Below are positions 44,522 through 62,265 of a stretch of DNA of 64,000 nt, piece after piece. Where the stretch lies: NCBI RefSeq assembly GCF_009914755.1, contig NC_060931.1; one strand, given 5' to 3'. The first letter of the stretch is position 1. The number at the start of each line of letters is the position of its first letter. The notes beneath the pieces were generated by a model. The model had not been told where the DNA came from. It saw nothing but the letters and a program-made list of their open reading frames with translations, and ran no database searches. The position numbers and the translations under genes are program-made. The DNA comes from the human T2T-CHM13v2.0 reference genome, Homo sapiens.

Positions 44522-45270
44522 ACAGAGCCATGCTGCTAGGATGGGCTCTGGTGAAAACATGGGTGGTGGTGGATGGGTCCCCTGTGAGTATAGAGAAGGC
44601 ACTGAAGCACCTGGAAGCATAGAGCACTGAGAAGGAGCACGCCTTTGCCAGCAGAGTTGGATGGGCATTTTTGACTGTGATACAGGAAGTGCATGCTCAG
44701 TCCCTGTGGGATGCAGTACAGGTAAGGGATTTCCAGACACAAGCAGGACACCTGGAGGCCCGGATACACAGCTTGGAATGTGAATTAGGGGCTGCTGTCC
44801 TCACTCCATATGTGGGGCGTCACATACATGAGGTGACTACTGCCATGGCAGCCCTCAGGGAAGCAGAGGGCCATTGGCAGGACTGGGGGTATGTGCCATA
44901 AAAAAGGGGAAAGCACCACTTCTGCAGGGGACCACCTCATGGAACAAGAAGGGGCGCCAGCAGGTTACCCACATGCAGATATGGGTTGATTTAATTTTGG
45001 CTGGGGTTGCCAGAGAGAAAATTGATAGGCAACCCAATGAAGTGCTGTTAACTTTGTGGAGGCAATTGTCCCCAAAGCAGCAATTCCAGAAAATGGGGGC
45101 AGGATGATGCTGCTTGACCCAGTCTCACCCAGCTGTTCCAGCTCAAGGACTACTTGCAGACAGGTGGTGGTATAGAGCTTTTTGGTTTGATTAGGGAGCT
45201 GGCCAAGGTGCCTGCCTTGAGGGGGACACCGGATGACTGAAGGCCACATGTGGAATTGGCAATCCACTGG
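44522..45270 (+). pseudogene. HERV-S-like internal remnant (deleted gag and start of pro)
   Basis: Peptides 'QVTHMQIWVDLILAGVAREKIDRQPNEVLLTLWRQL' and 'RPHVELAIHW'; G-rich composition contrasts with the C-rich host. Confidence 0.65.
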
Positions 45271-45763
45271 TGAGCCCTAGACCTACTAGCCGCTGAGAAA
45301 GGGGACACATGTATATATCTCCAAGAAGAATGCTGCTTTTATGTTAATGAATCTGCCATTGTTCATGACGCAGCCCGCAGGCTCCTTGATAGGGCCACAG
45401 AAATCCAACGTCAAGTCAGAGACTTCTAGTGGCAAGGGTAATCCCTTCTAAAATGGATGATGTGGGTTGCCCTTTTCTTTGGGCCCCTAATCTTTTTCCT
45501 TCTGTGACTAACAATTGGCCAGTGCATACTTAATGTTATATCTCACTTCATCTCCCAAAGACTGAACTCTCTTATCCAGGCAATCACCCAGAAATGTATT
45601 GATACTGTCCTCCTCCTCCACCAAGTCCATTGTCAGAGCCTCCAGGAAAGCGACTCTGAAATCAAACACCTACCACTTTAAAACCTGAACCCTGATTACA
45701 ATGCCCCTATTCAGCAGGAAGCAGCCATGTCCCCTTCCTTTTATACTAAAGTAAAGGACAGGA

Positions 45764-46115
45764 ATGTTAGCCCAACCTGTGCCATCTTGTAGACCCCGCC
45801 ATTTTACACACCCTGGACAGAGTGAAAAATTCCACTGGGTCTGGGCCATGAGAAACATCCTGTTGGGCAGGTCCCAGGACTAAGTGCCTGACCATGGGAA
45901 ATTTCTCTCTTAGCAGCAGCTACCCACACCACCCCGTCCCATTTTGCAACACTCCCCTACCCATCCAGACCTATAACTGCCCTCGTCTATAAGTGGGGCT
46001 TGGGCTTTGGCACTCGCTGTTGTCCCCCTCTGCAAGCATCTTCCTCCAATAAACCTGTGTTGCTGTGGAGCCATGCCTCCCACCCCCTTGTCTCTGTCTC
46101 TTTTTCATCCCAACA
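45764..46115 (+). mobile_element. 3' LTR of the class I host (MER83/MER84-like)
   Basis: Purine tract 'aaagtaaaggacaggaa' then 'tgttagcccaacctg...gggccatgagaaacatcctg...aataaacctgtgttgctg...cccaaca'. Confidence 0.75.
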
Positions 46116-47688
46116 ATTATGAGCCTATATCCTGTCTTCATTCCTGTGGCTTTATTGTAATAATAAAATTCAGATATAGTAAGTACTCGAACTCAGTTCC
46201 TCCATTTCAAGATTGTTTTGGCTATTCTAGTCTTTTTATATTTCTGTATGTTTTACAGACCATCTTGTCCATTTTTACAAAAAACAAGCAAGCTAGGATT
46301 TTGATATGGATTGTACTAAATCTCTACCCCAACTTGAGGAGTTAGATTTAATTGTGTCTTCCAATACATGAGTGTGATATGTATCTGTATTTGTTTAGGT
46401 CTTCTGTAATTTCTCTCAACAATGTTTCCCACTTTTCAGTATAAAAGTAGAGAGACATTTGGTAGACAAGTAGACATTTGGTAAATGTCTAATCACGTTA
46501 TGGTTTTAGAAAGTATTTTCATATTGTAATTTTATTACATTTCCCAATTATTCATTGTTACTATATAGAAAAACAATATATTTTTATATTTATTTGGTAT
46601 TTTAAGACTGCTAAATTCACCTAGTAATTATGATTATTTTTTGGTAAATTATTTAGGATATTCTATACAGACAATTATATCATCTACATTTTCTTGTTAT
46701 CTATTGCAACTTAATTCTCTTTCAGGTAACCAGCCAAGCATGAAAGCCATCCTGTGTCCATTCTTTTATAGAGTAGAGATAGTCATTTTTGGTATTTAGT
46801 TCATTCTTTTTTTTTTTTTTTTGCAAACTCTGCTCTCTGATGACCTTAGAAGAAAAAACAAGTATTTTTTTTTTAGTTGGCTTATTCTCATTAGTAGGGG
46901 AGGAGAAATTCTCATTTGAAAACTTCTCCAGCCTAAGAGGAAGCAGAAATCCTCTTTTTATTGTGGTTCTTTGTAATTATAAAATCAATATTATGTTTAT
47001 TATTTTAAAAGTTTGTACAAATACAAAGAATAATTAATGTTATACTAATGGTCCCACCACCAAAAATTAAAAAAAAAATCCTTATAATGCCATTAGTTAA
47101 TTTTTGTAAGATTAAAGCATTTTAAATAAAATCAAAGAACCACAAACCTGTCCTCACTCCACCCTCCCCTTGTCCTCTTATTCCCAGAGATTTCACTGCT
47201 ATAAATTTACTGTGTATTCACCTCACACTTTAACCACAGGCATAAAGCAATAAAGCTAATATTACTTCTAAAAAATTCTGCTAAACAGTATCATAGTGTG
47301 CAAATAACTCTGTTTTCAAAAATGATACTTTTCAAGATTTATTTATGTTCATATACAGATCTAATTAATTGATTTTAACATACACGCTATTACAAATACA
47401 TCTTAATTTATCTATTATATATGATAAACAGTTAGATAATTTCCTTTCTTTCCTTTCTTGTTTTTTGTTTTGTGTTATTTATTTGTTTGTTTTGGTAATC
47501 ACAACCAGAGCCACAATATGCAACATTTTATTAATTTTCTGAAACACATGTATTAGAGTTTCTTCAAGGTCCATACCAGTCTAATAGGAATTTTCTGTGA
47601 TAATGGGACTGTTCTATGATCTGTGCTGTTCAATATGGTTTCCATTAGGCACAGGTGGCTTCCTGAGCTCTTGAAATATGGGTAGTGA

Positions 47689-50012
<2,324 letters not shown>

Positions 50013-50669
50013 TTTTATAAATTTTAAATAAACATAATTTAAATAGCTACATGTGGCTGGTGTCTACCATATTTAGAGAGTACAGGTCTATTCCAAGGAA
50101 CAGAATTATTAGATAATCAGGTATGCATATTTAAGCATTACTAGCTAATGTAGAATTGCTCTCCAGAATAGACTCCAATGTTTGTTTTCAACTGCCTGTA
50201 ATATGCAATGATCTATTTCCCCATCTCCTTGGCTATATACTTAGTTTTATTAGTTTATACATTTTTTAGATAATTTGATGAGTATAAAATTGTATCTCAT
50301 TAACGGTTGATTTGTAATTCCCTTTGTGGTGCTGTAATACTCATACATCTATCAAGGACTCTTTTTTCCTCCCTTTAAAATTATCTACTTATTTTTTCTT
50401 TGTAAGCGTCATCTTTTTTTCATTGTGGGAGTTCTTCATAAACTTGTCATTTTACTTGATAAAAGGTCATACTTAAAAGTCTGAGGCTTCTCATTCACTT
50501 GAATCTGTAGTCTTTTGTTACATAGTTGTTTAAATTTTTGATACATATCTATATTTTCCCTCATTGTTTCAAGTGTTAGTGCCTTTCCTAAGGAACCTTT
50601 TCTTATTATGATGTCACAAATGTATTCTGCTATGTCTACTGGGAGAATACACTAGTGGGGATAGTTCTG

Positions 50670-50915
50670 TGTATACAGTGATTAAGCACATAGGTTCTGG
50701 AGCCAGTCTGTTTCTTTCAAAATCACCTCATTGCTTTTGAAGAATCAGGTAAGTTAGTCAACTTGGTGTTTCAGTGCCTTTGTCTGTAATGACAAAAAAG
50801 ATAGAAATGACGATATTAATAATACTTACCTCACAGAATTGTTCTGAGGTTTACACGTGTTAACAAAATGGAAGAGTTAGTACAACATTCAGCATGCTAT
50901 GTTAGCTATTATCAT
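50670..50915 (+). mobile_element. MIR
   Basis: 'gtgattaagcacataggttctggagccag', 'acttacctcacagaattgttctgagg', 'atgttagctattat'. Confidence 0.7.
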
Positions 50916-52744
50916 TCTAAATGTTTAGCTGTGTTTTCTTTTTTTGGTTGGTTACTGTACATATATTATATGATGAATCTGTTCTATCATCTTTCACATG
51001 CATATCCAAATAACTAAACATTCTTCAGATGAATAATGTATATTATTTTCATCTTGAAGTTTTTGTCTATATAATTTTAGATATTCTTTTCTGTTCCATT
51101 GCTTTCTCTATTTTTGTGCCAAAACTGTTATTTTATTTAGCATAAACTTTATAGCAAGCCTTGAAGTTCTGTTCAGCAAATTTTTCTGTGCTCTTATTTT
51201 TTTTTTGTCTTAAAATTTTTTTTGGCTACTTAATCCTTATAATTCTGCCTATTAGCATTGCATCAGTTTGAGTTTTGTAATGACATTAAAAAGGTATTTA
51301 TGATATCAGTATTCCTCACCATAGGATATTTATTCATCTTTAGTTCATTTTTATGACCTTCAAAAAGTTGTTTAATTTTTCCCATAAAAGCTTTGTAGAT
51401 ATATATATATTTAAAAATACTCTCTTTGGTGGTTTTTTGCTATTTAAAGTAGGTTTATACTGAAATTATAATTTTAATTGTCTGCAATATATGTAGAAAA
51501 TTATTACTTATAGTTGTATGTTAACCTTTTCTACAGGCATTAATGGTTATAGCTAGGATAAACATCCCATTGGGTTGCAGCAGCATCTGGTTGTACTTAA
51601 GCTTTATTACTGGCACCTGAAAATTTTCATTTTTTTTCTTTCTAGCTCAGCAATGTATTTAATTTTTTAAAGATATGGTTTATACTATATTCTTCCCAGA
51701 AAAGAAGAGAAGTCTGTTGGTTTGGGTCCATTCTTTCATAATGTTTGAACTTAAATTCTCTATATAAATTTTAAAATTATTGATTCATGTTCCATAAATA
51801 ACTGAAGATTTCCTTCTTCTTTCATAAATATGTAAATAATTTGTAGCTAATTATCTTTTCAATATTGAATGTTCTTCTCATTAAAAATATGTCCCAAATC
51901 ATACAGATATTTATGTTCATAAATAACATTTTGTTCTAGTTATTTCCCAGTTAATATTTTTTAATTATTGTATATTTTCCATCTACTATAGTATAACTTG
52001 GTTATTTCTGATGGACAAGAATGAGGTTTTTTTTAGATGTAAATCTTCAATCCAATGTATTTGGTCATAGAACTGTGAGTTAACAAATACTGTTTTAAGC
52101 TATTAAGTTTGTAATAATTTGTTATGCAGCAATAGAAAACTAATACAATTGACTTGCTTCTAACTTTAATAAGTTAAATGCTCTACAATTATGTCAGATG
52201 TTTTCTTTAGGATCCTAGTAAATATATTTTATCAAATTAAGAAACTTTGTTTCTGTTTCTCATTTATGATTGTTTAAATTAAAAATCAATGTAAAATTAT
52301 GTTTAATGCTTTTCTGCATCTGTAATATAATCATATCATATTTCTCTTTTGATATGTTACTCTGGATATTAGTAGTGTTTCATTTTCTAATACTGAATCT
52401 GCCCTGCATTTCTGGATCATGATTACATTTCTATTATTCTATATTAAGCTAATAATATGTACTTGTCACTTATCTCTAGAATCTACCTATGATGAGTGTT
52501 TTCTCTTAGTTTTATATCTTACTGGACATTATTTGAATCATCTTAAGGCACTGGGTAGAAGTACTTAGACAGGTATGCTCAGGTTGATATCCCATCCAGA
52601 AGTTGTAATAATTTTCTTGTCAAAGTTCATCTTTGCCCAAGGGCCTTGAAGTGAATAAAAACTATGGCAAGATACTGCCATAGGTTGGGGTTTTTTTTGA
52701 GCAAGCAGATTTGAAAACAGTTGAGCACACAGTTGAGCATCCAC

Positions 52745-53050
52745 TAACACTTGTGGAAGGGAAGGGAAGAAAGCAGGATTGGGCAGAGTAGGAAGTGAAG
52801 CTACCTGCAGTCCCAATATCAGTGTCAGCCTGGGCAGTTCTTGAGTTAGAATGGCCATCCAGAGTTGTCTAGACTGCACGTGAGCCATCCCAGGAAGGAC
52901 ATAACCTCGCGGAAAGTGGCTTTCTGAAGCTGAGACAATTCCCTGAAGTGCTGACATCTGAAAGCTGTCTACTGTCAGCACTCCCAGCAACTGGGACACC
53001 AAGTCTTTCCTTGAAATGAGAGTTGGGTTATACCCAGAGTATCCACTACA
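52745..53050 (-). mobile_element. Old ERVL-group LTR (LTR40/41-like)
   Basis: 'ggaagaaagcaggattgggcagag', 'gctgagacaattccctgaag', 'cactcccagcaactggg', end 'ccactaca'. Confidence 0.5.
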
Positions 53051-54631
53051 GACATGTATGAAGAGACAATAAAACAAAACTTCTGCAGACTTGAATGATC
53101 CATTCAGGCAAGGACAATGCTGATGTTGGCTGTCCTAAATGGGATGGCCTGGCACTCTTGAAAAATCTCAAATACATTAAAAGGAACCTTGTGTATTACC
53201 ATAGATATAAACATATTATGCATTGCTTTGTATAATGCACCTCTTGCAGAATGACTATCAGATATTTTCAGTGTTTAGAGTTTCTTCCTTCTCTGAAATG
53301 TGGAAGGCTTATCATGGCCTAAGTAACCTTCCAGCCAATGAGAGGTAGGAAATTATTACATATCCTGAGCCATAATTATTCCAACTGCAAATTTTATAAA
53401 ACAAAAGTAAATATCTTCTGGTATGTGAGGTTTTAGCTGCAACAAGGCTCTCCTCCAGTGCCGTGCCACCTGGATGGTATAGCTTAGGATCTGTGCAGAC
53501 AAGAGAATGTCAAGTTTCTCTCCAGCCCAGCTCAAATGGACAAAGAGGTCATTTTATATTTTATCACCTAAGAATTTGATTTGAAAAGAGGATCAGAAAC
53601 CACAGGAAATTTGATTTATGCCAGCCCTGCATCCAAGGTACCCACAGAAGAATAATATACTTGTTTTTATGAGATAGTACTGATCCAAATGGGGGCACAA
53701 TATAAAAATGGCTTATGGTTTGGCCACAGGGTCAGTCCAAAGGTCAAAGCCTCAAGTACAGTTCATTTGTTAGCAGATTTCAGAACAACTAATTTCACCT
53801 GTATTGGATTTATTTTTCCAGCCTCTTCAAAACCATTTTGTTTAGATTTATATCACAACTTCCCTCTCTTTTTTTCCATTTATTAAATTTGAAAAGCTTT
53901 CCAAATACTGTTTCACCAACTTGTACCACTATACAAGTGACAAAACTTTTATTAAAACCATTTTTTTTTAGAGTAAATCTGGAAAATAAGGAAGTAAAAC
54001 AATTACTTTGGGTCTGAGTTTTGATGGATAATATAGTCTAGTTTGAAAACCTAACTACACACATTTGCCACACTAATATTTTTGTATACTTTGGCAAATG
54101 GTTAATATCTTTAATAAATGGTTAAATTCCAAGAAAAATTTTGGCTCACAAGCTTTATTTCATTTCTTATGTTGGACCTTTACAGTTATCAGTCCAAACT
54201 GTTGATGATTCAGTGTCTGATATATTCTGCCTTCCAGAAAACTTTAATCCTTCTTGTTTACCTCAAAGTTCAATATAAACACATTCAGTGCAAAGTCTTA
54301 TCTAAAATTCACGTTGTTGAAAAAGACATTTTCCTTATTCATGTAAAGTTACTCATGTAAAAATATGAAACATCAAGAGTAGTGTCTCATAAATTTTGTG
54401 TTTCAAATGGAAAGACTTTACATGACTTAGACTTAATATGGCTTAGATTGTGTGGCTAAAAACATAAATAGGTAATAAGTCAAAACAGGCTAAGTGGTTA
54501 TTGATATCCATTGCTTAATTTAGAATATGACAACAATGATTTATCTTATATTTCTTTTTGAGGAGAAATAATAGGATACAGAAGAGATTCAGTATTTTTA
54601 GAGGTAACCAGAATGCCCTTGGAAAGTTTTC

Positions 54632-54765
54632 TTTTTTTTTTTTTTTCCAGAGATGGGGTTTTGACATATTGCCCAGGCTGGTCTCAAACTTCTGAGCTCA
54701 AGTGATTTGCCTGCCTCGGCCTCCCCAGTTGCTGGGTTTACAGGCATGAGCCAGCATGCCCGGCC
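54632..54765 (-). mobile_element. FLAM / Alu left monomer
   Basis: T-run then 'agagatggggtttt...ctcaagtgat...gagccagcatgcccggcc'; TSD cccttgga. Confidence 0.85.
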
Positions 54766-54777
54766 CCTTGGATAAGA

Positions 54778-56771
<1,994 letters not shown>

Positions 56772-56804
56772 TAAGATTTTTTTAAAGATAAAAATAAGAC
56801 TGTA

Positions 56805-57045
56805 GTGGGAGATGAACGATGAGAATACATGGACACATGGGGCAGAACAACACACACTGGGGCCTGTTGTGGGGAGCAGGGGGAGGGAGAATACCGGGAA
56901 GAACAGCTAATGGGTGTGGGGCTTAATACCTGGGTGATGGGTTGGTCTGTGCAGTAAATAACTGTGGCACACGTTTACCTATGTAATAAACGTGCACATC
57001 CTGCACATGTACCCTGGAACTTAAAAGTTGATGTGAAAAAAGAAA
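56805..57045 (+). mobile_element. Older L1PA (approx. L1PA12-16) 3' end
   Basis: 'gagaatacatggacac', 'gcttaatacctgggtgatggg', 'ctgcacatgtaccctggaacttaaaa'; TSD-like ataaaaata(a/g)g(a/g)ctgta at 56788-56804 and 57242-57258. Confidence 0.9.
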
Positions 57046-57062
57046 ACATACACACACACACC

Positions 57063-57107
<45 letters not shown>
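57046..57107 (+). repeat. (CA)n microsatellite at the L1 tail
   Basis: Direct observation. Confidence 0.95.
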
Positions 57108-57110
<3 letters not shown>

Positions 57111-57172
57111 GGATTTCCAGAATTAATTCAATGGATAATTAGCTGGTTATGAAGCCAAAAACATGGCCCTGC
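57105..57172 (+). repeat. Mosaic copy of 59841-59895 and 58704-58725
   Basis: 53/55 identity to 59841-59895; 22/22 identity to 58704-58725. Confidence 0.92.
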
Positions 57173-57390
57173 CCCTGGTTTATAGAGATATAGATGGTAT
57201 AGATATAGATACAGATATAGATATAGATATCCATAATGTGAATAAAAATAGGGCTGTAAGACCACCGATCTAGAAAACTCTCAGAATAAGCAGAAATTAA
57301 GTCATGTTATTTCCCTTCAGGTTAGTGCACTGACCATATATTGAGATAGGCTGTGACATAATGTGTATTGGAGTTGAAATACTCACAGTT

Positions 57391-57712
<322 letters not shown>

Positions 57713-58510
57713 CTAGTCCCCATTATTTAGAAGAGATTAGATTCTTAGATTTTCTTAAACTAAAATTAAAGAAGTATATCTGAACTCCACAGAGTGGAAA
57801 ACATGTCTTAATGAGTACTCAGTGGTTGTTAAAGTAAGGGCAATGACTAGAACAAAAACTAAGAGGAAAACATGCCAATCCATCTTGCTAGAATTTTAAG
57901 ACAATATGCCACCTTCATTCTCTCTTTCTCTCTCTTTTCCTCTGTCCCCTAAACTGTATGCTGCTCATTACCTGTCTTGCCTCCCTCCCTTCATCTCCCC
58001 AGCTTGACACACTTTCCCTTATTTTATTATATGATTTATTCCCATTTGTGGAATTTTCCAAGTGACATGGAGAAAAGGTTATCCTGGGGCTTCATCAAAA
58101 TTCTTCTCTAAGACTGTAAGAATAAATTAAAGCAGGCGTGTGGCATCTCTGCTGGTGGGGAATGGCTACCCATGTTTAACAGTGTAACTTAATATTAACA
58201 AAATTAATTGCTAGGCTTGAGTACTCTCCAGCTCACATCAAAAGTCTTCAGCCTACTGTTCCAAGTATATATTTTCAGCATGGTTTTCTAGTCTATATAA
58301 TGTAGATACTAATTAAGTCCTGTGGTCATTTTTTTCCAATAATAGCTTGTTTCCAATAGTAGGAATGGTTTTTATTGGTTTAACTTATATTTTTCTATGT
58401 TTATCATCACATCTCTTATGTCTGATTCCAATTTACCAATTATTACGGTTTAACAGCCAAGTTTTAAATATTAATTATATTTATGTTTTAAATATATTTG
58501 TTATATATAC

Positions 58511-58613
58511 TATATATAACATGATATATAGTATATATAACATTATATATAGTATATATAACATGATATATAGTATATATAACATTATATATAACATATA
58601 TAGTATATATAAC

Positions 58614-58650
<37 letters not shown>
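58511..58650 (+). repeat. AT-rich 21-bp minisatellite tatatataacat(g/t)atatatag grading into (TA)n
   Basis: Four to five units with alternating G/T variant, then pure TA. Confidence 0.85.
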
Positions 58651-58653
<3 letters not shown>

Positions 58654-59534
58654 CCAGAAATTTGACAACATTTTTTATTCCAAAAATAAAAGCATCCAGC
58701 AAAGAAGCCAAAAACATGGCCCTGCTCAGGTTTAAACCATCTGACTTCAGGGACATAATTACAGGCAGAAACTGACTTAGGTCCAATTATGTGCAGGGAT
58801 CTAGCTGGGTGCCTCCTGTTTCTTCAAAGATGAGTAGCCAGAATTAGAATTTAAATTGTCAGCTCAAAGAAACACAGGATGTATTTAGTTTCTGCTAGTT
58901 AAAGAGTCATCTGAGAACCCAGAAGGGAAGACTCATGTCATTGATATATTTCTCTGAGCTTGATCCTAGTTTTTAGGTTAGAAAGGGGTCCTAGGTTCCT
59001 GAGAAACTGTAAACTTAACACTCTTTTCAATTACTTTGTACTTTATGAAATACCTTATGGCCAGAGCCTGCTATTCAATGCAAATGAATGTAACTCTATT
59101 CTCCCACATTGCACATAAGGGATGGAGTGTGGAGGGGGGAGGGAAATGGAGGGGAAAATGAAAATCTCTTGAAATAATAATAGTAATTAGTTTCTCTATT
59201 TGAAAACTCTAAGTTTCATTAAACAGCAATAATAACCAGCAGTAAGTAAACTGCCACCCCCAGGAGAGGGAAAAATGTCAAATTTCATCCTAAAAAGACT
59301 TGTGAAAACACAGGCACAGTCAATTCCATTTTATTCTGAAGATTTATTTCATACCAGTCAAAATTAATTCAAACCTGTCTCCCTGATGCAATGAGTGTGA
59401 AGAACTAAACTTACTGTCATTGGATTTTGCTACATCTCACCATCTCTAAATATTGAATATGGATGGCAGAAAAAAGCTATTGTTTGAAATTTGTGTTAAG
59501 GAAGCTTTAGTTCAAAAAAAATGCTGATACAATA

Positions 59535-59547
59535 GTGTGTGAGCATA

Positions 59548-59589
<42 letters not shown>

Positions 59590-59640
59590 CGAGAGAGAAC
59601 CAGAGAGAAAGAACCAGGGAAAGAGAGAAAAAGAGAGAGA
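59535..59640 (+). repeat. Compound (TG)n(GA)n microsatellite
   Basis: Direct observation. Confidence 0.92.
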
Positions 59641-60743
59641 TTTTCCTTTTGGGGGATCTATTTCTGTATATACACCTCTCCTTTGTATCATATAAATGTA
59701 ATAAAACCAGGGAAGGGGGGAGGGGCTCATTTTAGCCTTCCTGAAAGAAAGGCTTTAGTGCTAAATGTTATGTAAAATGATTTCACTCACCACTAAAGAA
59801 GTGACATATTTGAAAAATGATACGGCAGTTCTTTGAAATTCACTAAGGAGTTCCAGAATTAATTCAATGGATAATTAGCTGGTTATGGAGCCAAATCACA
59901 ACTTGCATGTTGCAATTAAAATAGTAAACAATCATTTCACTTACTGTATGACTGTTTTCCTTGTGAACTGAAAAAATTTATTACAAAATATGAAATCAGG
60001 GAACCTAGAATGTACATATTTACAGGTATTTATGGAATCTCAAATTCTATTCCAGGTGAATTTAGAAAAAAATAGTTTAAACAATAGTCAATATTCTTTC
60101 TTTGACAAGGCAGGTACCCTAATTCCGCTACCTGAAGTTGGCATAATATCTATTAACAGCTAATGCCAAAATCAAAAAAATTCTATAATTCACATAATAT
60201 AATAGACAATAATGTTAATGATAGGTAAAATGTATGCCTAATTCATTTAAACAGATTCCCTTCTCTTATCACCCATCAATCCAATTACAGCAAAACCCAA
60301 ATTAGTAAGCTTTTACCAGTATCATGCATTGCATACATTGTACTAAATGAGAACATAGTATATACACATAAAGAAATGCTTTCAAGTGAGTTTGAACTAC
60401 CCTTCTTTTGGGGCTCCAGAACAAATCAGCACCCATTTGGCCTTTTAAAATCCATTAAAAGGTTGGTCAGTATCTTCTTAGTGATTAGTAAGGCAGCCAA
60501 CACTCTCTCCCATGCTTTGTCAAAGGTCAGACATATTGCATGTCTTGTCTCTCCTAAGAGGGGTTTGTCCATCTTTGGAATCTTTAAACATGATTCAGGT
60601 TTACTAGCCTCAGCTCTCTGATGGGCTCAAAAAAAGTTATGATTCCACCAATTATCTAGATTTTTCTTGTTGCAAGTGAAGAAGACACTATTTTAATAGT
60701 TTCCTACATACTATGCAGAACTAGAGGTGACCTAATAAACATT

Positions 60744-61261
<518 letters not shown>

Positions 61262-61499
61262 ACACTTGTTTATATTTTTAATTGTTGTAAACATTGTTCA
61301 CAATAGGTACATAATATTCCACAGCAATTATCTACCATAATTTACTTGACTATTGCACTGTTGTTAAATGTTTTTTTCCAGTTTTTTACCATTAAGAAAG
61401 AAATTGCAGTAAGTATGTTTATGCACATAGCTTATTTTTTATTCAGTATTACTTCCTTAGGACAGGTCCATAAATACAAAATACTTCTTTAAAAAAGAA

Positions 61500-62090
61500 T
61501 AGGGTCAGACTCCAACTGATGGGTTTGAATCAAGTTCTACCATTGATTGTCTGTATTCTTCAGGTAGTTGGGTAACCCTCCAAGCATTTTTTGTAAAATA
61601 TTTTCATTTTGCAAAATAATAATAGTAGCATCTGTCTCTTAAAGTTGCTGTGACAAGTAAATGAAATAGCACAAATGCAGTGCCTGGGAGTGGATCATCA
61701 TAAGGGAAGCATGCAATTATTGTTATTATAAGATAATCTTTTTATAGATTTTTACAAATGACTTTCCATAATTATTGAGCATTTCACACCATCCTAAAAT
61801 GTTTAACAAAGGCCTGCCTTTAGAAATCTTTTATATTTATTTTCATCCAGAAAACATAAGTTCTCTTATGTACATTGTTTTATTATCACATATGTTGTAT
61901 GATATAGTCAAAACGCCAGGGCTATGTATGAAGGCAAATATACTTGGGATCAAATCCTGGTTTCGTATTTAACCATTTACAAACTTGGAATTTATTTTTA
62001 ACTTCTCGATTTTCAAGTCCCTCATGATATTAATAATTACTCCTAGTCATTAAAAGGATTAGAAATAATATAGGTAAATTACTTAGACAT
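61500..62090 (+). mobile_element. Two MIR fragments (~61500-61730, ~61900-62090)
   Basis: 'gggtttgaatcaag', 'gttgctgtgacaagtaaatgaaat', 'ttgggatcaaatcctgg'. Confidence 0.5.
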
Positions 62091-62105
62091 ATTGCATACT
62101 CAAAA

Positions 62106-62265
62106 TAGGCTTCTCATCCTAAATGCACATTAGAATTACCTAGAGATCTGATGTCCAGCTGCATCCCAAGCCATTCCCATCTAAATTTGGAGGCTGGCCC
62201 CAAGTCAGTATGTTGTTACCCCTCCCTAGGTGAGACAAATAGTCAGCTGGTCAAACCACTGCCTC
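62106..62265 (+). mobile_element. MER5A-like hAT fossil
   Basis: 'ttctca...tgcacattagaattacctag', 'ccctccctaggtga', 'aaaccactg'. Confidence 0.55.

Larger units (their letters stand above)
39910..46115 (+). mobile_element. Class I (gamma-like, HERV-H/F-related, MER83/MER84-like) provirus remnant: pol-env-3'LTR; 5' LTR, gag and pro missing
   Basis: RT remnant LQYINN (degenerate YVDD) at 39921; RNase H ELVALTRAL..VNIYTDSKYA; integrase; env SU C*IC at ~43370; TM LDLLAAEKGDTCIYLQEECC at ~45280-45340; purine tract then TG..CA LTR. Confidence 0.88.

Noticed and set aside
52565-53077. 170-aa minus-strand ORF
   Set aside because: Mostly overlaps an old LTR; no recognisable domain
58347-58786. Y/I/N-rich ORFs on both strands (also 23314-23638 and 60704-61145)
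   Set aside because: Translations of TA-rich microsatellites
59252-59268. CTCF-like motif
   Set aside because: Three mismatches in core positions
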